32,000 nt of DNA. Source: Polynucleobacter sp. Tro8-14-1 (lineage in GTDB: Bacteria > Pseudomonadota > Gammaproteobacteria > Burkholderiales > Burkholderiaceae). Every line of letters starts with the position of its first letter. Position 1 is the stretch's first letter. The notes under the pieces were generated by a model. The model ran no database searches. It worked only from the letters and a program-made list of their open reading frames with translations, and had not been told where the DNA came from. This document shows, piece by piece, positions 17,465-24,308 of this stretch. The position numbers were made by a program, and so were the translations under genes. The stretch lies in assembly GCF_018881655.1 (NCBI RefSeq), contig NZ_JACVPX010000003.1, positions 139,772 through 171,771 of the forward strand, given 5' to 3'.

Positions 17465-17911
17465 TTATAGCTGCCTCTTAAAGCCACTGCCAAGACTAGA
17501 GCTCGCTAACTCAATCTGGGGATCTAAATCCCCTGCTTCCACAGCAACCTTAACTGTTTCTAGCGCCTTAATTAAGTCCTCGGCACTATCAACTTGAATA
17601 CTGGGCTTGCCTTTGGCCAATTCAATTGTGCAAGCTCCATATCTAATGGAAACACAGACCTTCCCTTCTTCAGTCTGAAACCACCACGGCTTAATACGTT
17701 TTGGAACTTCTACTTGCTTACGAATCCCTGTCTCCTTATCTTTAATGCTGCGAAACTTCATTAGTACAAAAGGGGTTCCCGACATCTGCCCTTTAGCCAA
17801 CTGGATCTGCTCCCATAATCGACTTGAAAGTTTATTCCTTCGAATCACAATCGCTGGTTGATGAACCGGCTTCTTGAGAGCCACTAGTTTTAATGCGGTC
17901 AATGCGCTCAT
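17465..17911 (-). CDS. hypothetical protein, 148 aa
   Basis: ORF with a strong Shine-Dalgarno sequence (AGGAGGGAAT-ATG) at the internal Met (17911). No family recognised. Confidence 0.6.
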   Translation of the reverse strand: MSALTALKLVALKKPVHQPAIVIRRNKLSSRLWEQIQLAKGQMSGTPFVLMKFRSIKDKETGIRKQVEVPKRIKPWWFQTEEGKVCVSIRYGACTIELAKGKPSIQVDSAEDLIKALETVKVAVEAGDLDPQIELASSSLGSGFKRQL

Positions 17912-18274
17912 ATTCCCTCCTATAAATGAAAGAGTCATTTCAATTTATTTTCGAAATATTGGATTGGACAACCTCTTTTTTATTTTGGCTAATTTTGAGC
18001 CAGAAATTAATGGGTTTTCTTAACAAAAGCTAAATACTTTTGCGAGTTGCTGTGTTTCAAAGTACGGTCGCAAATAGATAAAGAAGTTACTGGTAGTGAG
18101 TTACTAGTTACTCGAGTGGCAAATGAGTAGCTCTGACTAGCAACACGACTTAGTGACTATCTCTTTGAGATCTGCAACTGAACTTAAAGCAACATCTTTT
18201 TGGATCTACTCCTCTAGCAACCAAGCTACGAAAGCAACAGCTCGCAACGAGAACTCAATCAATTTTAAAAAAGG

Positions 18275-18850
18275 AGAACGATATGAGAGAAATTGCAGTT
18301 AGAGGATTTATAAACGAGAAATTTAATACCACCTTCGGTAAAGGCTTATTTAGAAGAGCGATGTTTAATGGCTCAGTAGAGCTAGGTAGCCCAAATCAAA
18401 AATACCTAGTGGATTACTTTGAATATAGCAATTGGGAAAATACTGCCAAAACAGATGAGCAGATGGCAACTGTTCGAAAACTCAGCGAGGCTGGCATTGC
18501 AGAACAAGCTGGTGTTTTAATGTCTTGGATCCAACATTACGATCCACTCACTAAGACAAAGCAAGGTGTTGGCGGATTTAGCATCTACTCCCCAGAAACC
18601 AAGGAGCTGCATGTAGAGATTGAAGATCAAGCAAACAACACCAAGGATTCCTGGACGCTAGATGTACATCTTTGTAAAAGTACTGGCGTTAATAAGCCAG
18701 TGTTTATAGCAACCAATGTGGATTTGAACTAATTGACGCTTTGAATTTGTACAAAATTCGCCTCAAAAAAGCCCTATACGCAAAGATCTATTAGCTTCGC
18801 AATAATGAGTAGCTGGAATTACTAAAAACAGCGTATAGCGCGAATTTGAG
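18275..18850 (+). repeat. 576-bp near-identical direct repeat, copy 2
   Basis: See copy 1. The offset between copies is 8014 bp. Confidence 0.95.
18283..18732 (+). CDS. hypothetical protein, 149 aa (copy 2)
   Basis: Preceded by AAGGAG 6 nt before the ATG. It differs from copy 1 by one residue (E versus G). Confidence 0.7.
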   Translation: MREIAVRGFINEKFNTTFGKGLFRRAMFNGSVELGSPNQKYLVDYFEYSNWENTAKTDEQMATVRKLSEAGIAEQAGVLMSWIQHYDPLTKTKQGVGGFSIYSPETKELHVEIEDQANNTKDSWTLDVHLCKSTGVNKPVFIATNVDLN

Positions 18851-18942
18851 GTGTTACTCGAGGATCGCTGGTTTAAGTCCGTTTAGCTGTTGTCTAAATT
18901 CCACGAAAAGAAGCGATTTTTTATAAATACTACATAAAGAAC

Positions 18943-19001
18943 AGGTTAAGAAAATTGTACTTTTCTTAACCTGCCTTGTAAGTCATTGATTCTTGGAAGA
19001 T
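18943..19001 (+). promoter_or_regulatory. conserved palindrome plus 23-bp box upstream of short recombinase 2
   Basis: AGGTTAAGAAAA-TTGTAC-TTTTCTTAACCT (18943-18972), then TAAGTCATTGATTCTTGGAAGAT (18979-19001), which is identical to the box at 10955-10977. Confidence 0.55.
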
Positions 19002-19096
19002 ATTTTTTGATGGCCAAATAAACAAATTTCGGTCGACCTTTTAAGACTTAGAAAACATACTAAATACACACTTTTTATTTATCTAAGGAGAATTAA

Positions 19097-19663
19097 ATGG
19101 CACAAGCAAAAACACTATCTCAAACAGAACTAGATCTAGTTCTTAATTACGTCAGCACCAAAAAATATGCCTTGCGCGATAGAGCGTTAATACTTACAAG
19201 CTTTCTTGGTGGCCTTCGCGTTGCCGAAATTGCCAGCTTGAAAATGGGCGATGTATTAAATCTCGATGGCACTATTAAAAATGAAATCCGCCTATCGGCC
19301 TCACAAACCAAGGGTAAGCACCCTAGGACTGTATTCGTCTCACAGCGTTTACAGGCGGAATTGGCCAACTACTTAACAACAAGATACATAAAAGAAGCTG
19401 ATATTCCCCTCTTTCATACAGATCATCGTTTGAGATTTAGTGCTAATGGCTTATGTGTGTGGTTCTATCAGCTCTATAAGAATGTGGGTATTAGCGGTGG
19501 CAGCAGCCATTCAGGAAGAAAATTCTTTATTACTACCCTCGCTAATAAAGGGATTGGTGTTCGAATCTTAGCCAGTCTAGCTGGTCACAGATCAATTGCA
19601 GTGACTCAGAGATATATCGATGTCAATGATGAGCAAAAGAGGAATGCTGTCGAGCTAATTTAA
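19097..19663 (+). CDS. short (catalytic-domain-only) tyrosine recombinase, copy 2
   Basis: 188 aa, roughly three-quarters identical to copy 1 by eye, with the same catalytic residues. Preceded by AAGGAG. Confidence 0.85.
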   Translation: MAQAKTLSQTELDLVLNYVSTKKYALRDRALILTSFLGGLRVAEIASLKMGDVLNLDGTIKNEIRLSASQTKGKHPRTVFVSQRLQAELANYLTTRYIKEADIPLFHTDHRLRFSANGLCVWFYQLYKNVGISGGSSHSGRKFFITTLANKGIGVRILASLAGHRSIAVTQRYIDVNDEQKRNAVELI

Positions 19664-19669
19664 ATGGCA

Positions 19670-19685
19670 GTCGGGTAAAACCGAC
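19670..19685. repeat. island palindrome copy f (GTCGGGTAAAACCGAC)
   Basis: Begins 6 nt after the recombinase 2 stop and is followed by TCTAAC. Confidence 0.9.
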
Positions 19686-19686
19686 T

Positions 19687-20502
19687 CTAACAGGCATGCC
19701 TAGTCAATTGCGATACTCGATCTTTTGCGCAGTCAAACTCGTGATTACCTAATGAAAATAATCGGCTAGCAAAATTTTCATCTTCAAAATTAAAGCGGGT
19801 TTGAAAGCTTTTACCTAATTCTTGTTGTGGGAATATACCAAGTGCAGCCTGCTCTGAGATATTTAAAGCGCTTTCCTTGTGCCTCATGACCATTAAGGTC
19901 ATATGGCGCCGCATGTGATCATCCCCACTTTTGTGCCTTGCTGCCAATGGGTCTAACCTCCCGATAAAGCGATCTACTAGCATTGCCATTGCCCCAGCCC
20001 TCCAGAGCTCAGTATCGGGATTTAAAGCCATGGTGTAGATTAGGAGCAAATCTTTCCACATATTCTTTAATTTAGCGCCTTTAAGTACTTGACTATGAAT
20101 TTGCTTGATTTGAGTATTTGGCCAAATTTGCGATAAAGCATTAACCAGTTGGGATATTGATGGGGGGTCTTGATCGCTACAAAGCTTTAGCAATACGTCG
20201 TCATCACAAACAAAAAACCTGTCTTTGCCTTTAATAATTTCAATTACTGGAGGAGACGAATCCATCAGCTGCTTCTTATGACCTTCAAACCAAGTCGTAA
20301 ATGGACAATCTAAGACACAACCGTACTTGGAGTAACAATCTAAGATCTTACGATTATCAAGACTCATTTTCTTAGTTAATCGTTTTGGTCTCACATACTT
20401 GCTAGCGGCGGTATAGCTAGGACTTATACGTAAAAAGTTAAAGAAAAGCCTCGCCATCTCCTGATGACAGTCTTGCTGCTCCGCACAAAGTTTTCCGCCC
20501 AT
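19687..20502 (-). CDS. hypothetical protein, 271 aa
   Basis: Long ORF divergent from the next two genes, with GGAG 8 nt upstream of the ATG. No family recognised. Confidence 0.6.
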   Translation of the reverse strand: MGGKLCAEQQDCHQEMARLFFNFLRISPSYTAASKYVRPKRLTKKMSLDNRKILDCYSKYGCVLDCPFTTWFEGHKKQLMDSSPPVIEIIKGKDRFFVCDDDVLLKLCSDQDPPSISQLVNALSQIWPNTQIKQIHSQVLKGAKLKNMWKDLLLIYTMALNPDTELWRAGAMAMLVDRFIGRLDPLAARHKSGDDHMRRHMTLMVMRHKESALNISEQAALGIFPQQELGKSFQTRFNFEDENFASRLFSLGNHEFDCAKDRVSQLTRHAC

Positions 20503-20639
20503 GCGGATATCTCCAGCCTAAATTTACCTACTTTTTTTAATTCTAAATTTTGTATGTATTCACTACAGGGATGGTGAAGTGAAATCAGATTGTGAATGGA
20601 ATTCACCATCACATTTTTAACAATTTCAGGAGAAAATCC

Positions 20640-21464
20640 ATGAGTGAAACTACTGTAGTCGAATCAGGCGTTAGCGCCCCTAACGCTGAAAAAACGAATG
20701 CCAACCCTTTTGCAGTGGGAATTGGCAATTTATTAACAGGCAGCAATCCAGAAAAAGCCATCGGCGACTCTATTGATCGCCTAGTTGAATATCGCAAAAA
20801 CTGGGAAAGTAATGAGCTTTCTAGTGCAAATGATGTCTTGTATGGAATCTTGCGGCATTGTTACGCCTTAAACAACACAATGCAAGGCTCAGACAGTATT
20901 GCCAAAAGCCTTAAAAAAGGTCTAGCGAACTACATCAAGACCCATGAATACAAGTTCAGCGACAGCTCGCCACTAATCACTAAGATCGTGAAATGTGTAT
21001 TTGGTGTTGATCGTCGTAGGGTTAATGCCTATAGCACAGCTATGAAGGCAGCAATGGCTGAGAGAGTGAGCGTACTTGATCTACCAAAATATTTCCGTGA
21101 AAAAGGTGGCGTTGAGGAAGTTAGACGCTCTACTACTAGCAAAGGCAAATCGATTGCTCAGAAGGTGGAATTAGGACGTACTGTACTCAATGGCGAAATA
21201 CTAGCGAAGGTACAAAGTGATTCTCTTAATGCCTCATTCTCAAATGAGCAGCTAGAGGAAGGTGTTGTGTTGCTGGCAACACGAGAAGATGATGGCAGTT
21301 TTGCAATCCGCAGAGTCATCCAAAGTGGAACAGCAGTTAAATCAGCGTTAGCAGCTTGCTCCAGTGTCGGCGCTGAAAAAGAAAAAGCACAGAAACTAGC
21401 TGATGAGGCTAAAGCAATTGAAGATGAGCGTTTAGCCGCCCAATCTAAATTAAAAGCTGCTTGA
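20640..21464 (+). CDS. hypothetical protein, 274 aa, Ala/Lys/Glu-rich C-terminal tail
   Basis: The start at 20640 follows AGGAG. The C-terminus EKEKAQKLADEAKAIEDERLAAQSKLKAA looks like a coiled coil. No family recognised. Confidence 0.65.
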   Translation: MSETTVVESGVSAPNAEKTNANPFAVGIGNLLTGSNPEKAIGDSIDRLVEYRKNWESNELSSANDVLYGILRHCYALNNTMQGSDSIAKSLKKGLANYIKTHEYKFSDSSPLITKIVKCVFGVDRRRVNAYSTAMKAAMAERVSVLDLPKYFREKGGVEEVRRSTTSKGKSIAQKVELGRTVLNGEILAKVQSDSLNASFSNEQLEEGVVLLATREDDGSFAIRRVIQSGTAVKSALAACSSVGAEKEKAQKLADEAKAIEDERLAAQSKLKAA

Positions 21465-21480
21465 GCTTGTTGTTCTACAT

Positions 21481-21523
21481 ATGATTGCTGGCATTTACCT
21501 TCCAAGATAAATCCAGCAATCAT
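21481..21523 (+). terminator. 11-bp-stem hairpin with T-rich tail between the 274-aa gene and the AAA+ gene
   Basis: ATGATTGCTGG-(21 nt)-CCAGCAATCAT followed by TTCATTATTTT. The loop is large, so it may be an attenuator or processing site rather than a strong terminator. Confidence 0.4.
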
Positions 21524-21546
21524 TTCATTATTTTAAGGAGATTGCG

Positions 21547-22296
21547 ATGCATAACCCTAGACCACCCTCTATTGTCATACAAGCACCCGGATGTTTAGAT
21601 GATTTTGCTTTACAACCTAATAGTCGATTTAAGCTTGAGTCCATACTTGATTTAAGTCTGCATATTCCAGCTAACGGTATTTGTGGGATTGTTCTATATG
21701 GTTTATACGGAACTGGTAAAACTACTCTGGCCAACTTATTGCCAGGCTTAATTGAAACGGCCAAAGTCAATCCTGCTTGTGCAGCATTGAATGCTGGATC
21801 TATCATTGATACAGAAGATCCTAATTCAGATTATTTTGCCTGCGCACAAGGTCAGAACGGCGCTCAATTAACTCAATCGATTCAAAATAGAACCACTTAT
21901 ATGTCATTTAATAGTAGTGGTCTACATTACATCATCATGGATGAGGTTGATGTCTTAACCCCAGCAGCGCAAGCAGGCTTCAAATCAATCATGAATCGTA
22001 AAGACGTCATATTCATCATGACTAGCAATAACTTAGATCAAATTGATAAAGGCCTTCAGAATCGATCAATTTTGATTGATATGAATGTTCCACCAATTAA
22101 TGATTGGCGACCAATTTTGCGTCGTGTTTATGAAAATGCAGGTCTACCAGCACCGCCTGATGATGTATTAGATCAAGTGGTTCAGGCTGGTAGAGGATCA
22201 GCTCGAAGCATTTTTTCAGATATCGTGATGAGCGTTAACCAAGAGGTGAGAGAAAAGCATGAGACTCACTTAATTACCCTTAAAGCATGCAGTTAA
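21547..22296 (+). CDS. clamp-loader/RFC-like AAA+ ATPase, 249 aa
   Basis: Walker A GLYGTGKTT, Walker B IIMDEVD, sensor-1 MTSNN, SRC-like QNRS and sensor-2-like GRGSARS. A Shine-Dalgarno AAGGAG lies upstream. Confidence 0.75.
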   Translation: MHNPRPPSIVIQAPGCLDDFALQPNSRFKLESILDLSLHIPANGICGIVLYGLYGTGKTTLANLLPGLIETAKVNPACAALNAGSIIDTEDPNSDYFACAQGQNGAQLTQSIQNRTTYMSFNSSGLHYIIMDEVDVLTPAAQAGFKSIMNRKDVIFIMTSNNLDQIDKGLQNRSILIDMNVPPINDWRPILRRVYENAGLPAPPDDVLDQVVQAGRGSARSIFSDIVMSVNQEVREKHETHLITLKACS

Positions 22297-22308
22297 GTGA
22301 TATGTAGC

Positions 22309-22324
22309 GTCGGGTAAAACCGAC
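22309..22324. repeat. island palindrome copy g (GTCGGGTAAAACCGAC)
   Basis: The extended near-palindrome TGTAGCGTCGGGTAAAACCGACACTACA (22303-22330) lies between the AAA+ stop and the integrase 2 stop. Confidence 0.9.
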
Positions 22325-22325
22325 A

Positions 22326-23567
22326 CTACATGATTGCCCCTGCCAATCTTTCCGCACTCATCATTGGTGTTAATTTTGAATAATGACGCTCAATCATCCC
22401 TACGCTGGTTCCCATTTGCTTTGCTAGCGTATGAATATCAACTCCTTCTTCTAATCTAAATGTGGCATAGGTATGGCGAAGGCTATACAAGGTCCTGTTT
22501 TTACCAGCAGCATACTTAAACAAGCCTGATTCAACCATGAGTCGCTCAAACACGCTATCTAGACTATGGGGTGCATCACCCGCAGGAAATACGAATACCT
22601 TACGATCCAACTTGGCTTCAATGACAGCATCGAGATTGGCATAAGGCAAAGCTTGCCACTTGATTAGTCGCTCTAAACTATCAATAACAAAGTGACGGGC
22701 AATCAAATATCTCGGCCCCGTCTTGCCCGATACCCAGACTCTTAAGTACCGCTTTTCACCTATCCAATGCCACTGTAGGCTACGCCAGCGAATTGGCATG
22801 CTCTCTGTTCCCTGCCGTATTCCCGTTCCTAGCAAAAACTCTACATAGACCCGGCAAAGTCTGCGCATATGATTACTGCGTTGATTGCGGCCAAAACGCT
22901 CCCAGTCCCGCATGTATTCCAATAAGTATTCGATCTCTTGGTGGCTAAAGGCTGGCCTAACCTGCGCAGCACCACCGGTTATTTCTAATAAGGGGATATT
23001 GCGGTGTTGTGTAATAAGCCCTTGTGATCTAGCTCGTTCAATCACTCGCTTATAAAGACCAGCATGACGCCTTTGGGTATAGGTCTTGGGATTCTTGCCC
23101 ATCCGAGATATGCGCCACGCTACATAGTCATCCACTAGCTCTTGGGTAATGTCATTGACCTGGTAGCCACCAAAGAATGGGATCAAGTACTTGGTGTAGA
23201 TGTGAATGTAGTCCGCATGGGTGCGTTTATTGGGATTGGCCTGGACTACTCGGGCAGCTGCAGCTAGTTCTTGCGTGGCTAATTGCCGAAAAGTCTTGGT
23301 CTTAATGGCTAGATCACTGGCTAGCTTGACCTTGACTGTTTCATAGATAGCAATGGCTTGGGTTGTGGCTTCGGCCACCTGATCTAAGCCAGTACTTGCG
23401 GAATGCCAAGCACCAGTAGATAACTTAAAACGGCATTGCCATTGGTGACTCGTGGGTCTTTTATAGAGGGTGATGGCACCATCAAGGAGTTTGATTGGCT
23501 CTTCAGCGATAGTAGAAGCAAACAACAGGGATATATTATTCATTACAAGCGTCTCGTTACATGACAC
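22326..23567 (-). CDS. tyrosine integrase (island integrase), copy 2
   Basis: 413 aa, roughly 93-95 % identical to copy 1 by eye, with the same catalytic motifs. Confidence 0.9.
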   Translation of the reverse strand: MSCNETLVMNNISLLFASTIAEEPIKLLDGAITLYKRPTSHQWQCRFKLSTGAWHSASTGLDQVAEATTQAIAIYETVKVKLASDLAIKTKTFRQLATQELAAAARVVQANPNKRTHADYIHIYTKYLIPFFGGYQVNDITQELVDDYVAWRISRMGKNPKTYTQRRHAGLYKRVIERARSQGLITQHRNIPLLEITGGAAQVRPAFSHQEIEYLLEYMRDWERFGRNQRSNHMRRLCRVYVEFLLGTGIRQGTESMPIRWRSLQWHWIGEKRYLRVWVSGKTGPRYLIARHFVIDSLERLIKWQALPYANLDAVIEAKLDRKVFVFPAGDAPHSLDSVFERLMVESGLFKYAAGKNRTLYSLRHTYATFRLEEGVDIHTLAKQMGTSVGMIERHYSKLTPMMSAERLAGAIM

Positions 23568-23615
23568 TTGTAGCTTAATTTCAGATTTACGTTTGGGCGA
23601 CCTGAATTATTTACT

Positions 23616-23630
23616 GTCGGTTAAACCGAC
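23616..23630. repeat. island palindrome copy h (GTCGGTTAAACCGAC)
   Basis: Lies 49 nt upstream of the integrase 2 start and is followed by ACTACAGCG. Confidence 0.9.
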
Positions 23631-23766
23631 ACTACAGCGACAGGGCCGCGATGGACTGTTGTTAATCACAAAGCAGACCTTAGCCTAAATTGAGCATGGC
23701 AGTCAGAGTTTGACCCAAGGGAGACCTTGGAGGACAAGTCCAGTAACTCATCCCCCTAGTGTGTTA

Positions 23767-24267
23767 CTACCTTGACCGATCCATCCACATATAGTTCTGC
23801 TGCATCATTTGGTTCATCATGTTCTGCTGCATACCCATGTATTGATCCATCATGTATTGGCGTTGCTTTAACTGCTCAGGTGTTAATTTAGAGTAATAGG
23901 GGCCCACACCATTCCAACCCATCATGTGTCCACCCATCATGCCGCCGTTACCACCACAACAACCCATCATTCCCGAACCCCACATGCCTTGCATCATATT
24001 CATGTTGCCCTGCATTGTGCTCCAGTGAGCCTGCATCAGCTTTTGCCTTTCTTGCGGATCTTGAGTTGCACGGATCTGATCCATCTGCTGTTGCATCTTT
24101 TTAAAGTTCTCTTGAATTTGAGCGGCTTGCTTATCAAACTCCGCTACATCAACATTTTTTTGTTGTGTCTGTGAGGCTTTAGTGCCCGCCCCTGCTGTTT
24201 GCGCCAAAACGGGCGCACTTAGTAAAACACCTAAACTTAAAATCGCAACCCATCCTAGCTTTTTCAT
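23767..24267 (-). CDS. periplasmic Met/Gln-rich protein with LTxxQ motif (CpxP/Spy/ZraP-like metal-stress protein)
   Basis: 166 aa from ATG 24267 (Shine-Dalgarno AAGGAG) with a signal peptide (..SAPVLAQT). It has an LTPEQ motif and very Met-rich segments (MMQGMWGSGMMGCCGGNGGMMGGHMMGW). It lies directly downstream of the P1B-ATPase. Confidence 0.65.
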   Translation of the reverse strand: MKKLGWVAILSLGVLLSAPVLAQTAGAGTKASQTQQKNVDVAEFDKQAAQIQENFKKMQQQMDQIRATQDPQERQKLMQAHWSTMQGNMNMMQGMWGSGMMGCCGGNGGMMGGHMMGWNGVGPYYSKLTPEQLKQRQYMMDQYMGMQQNMMNQMMQQNYMWMDRSR

Positions 24268-24308
24268 TTTAGTACTCCTTGAGTTAACTGCTTGATATGA
24301 ACTAACAC

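Larger units (their letters stand above)
22303..23676 (-). repeat. integrase module repeat, copy 2
   Basis: See 12611-14005. Confidence 0.9.

Noticed and set aside
18086-18116. Three GTTACT repeats, and a 10-bp GTTACTCGAG match to 18853-18862 flanking the 149-aa cassette
   Set aside because: Exact 10-11-mers are expected to recur by chance many times in 32 kb. There is no supporting conservation in the sister island.
21158-21806. Minus-strand ORFs of 121 aa and 92 aa overlapping the 274-aa and AAA+ genes
   Set aside because: They are antisense shadows of ORFs that have good Shine-Dalgarno sequences and, for the AAA+ gene, clear motifs.
11641-23630. Whether the eight palindromes form a CRISPR array
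   Set aside because: Their spacing is irregular (0.4-3.5 kb) and the intervals are full-length genes, not 25-50 bp spacers. No cas genes are present.
11641-23630. Whether this is a classical integron
   Set aside because: There is no IntI-type integrase and no attI/Pc arrangement. The sites are 15-28 bp, not 60-140 bp attC structures, and cassette genes point in both directions. Only the logic is integron-like.
11641-23630. The palindromes as plain Rho-independent terminators
   Set aside because: None is followed by a U-tract on either strand. Copies c and h lie upstream of the integrase genes, and d and e lie in non-coding arms. I cannot exclude a REP-like or insulator role.
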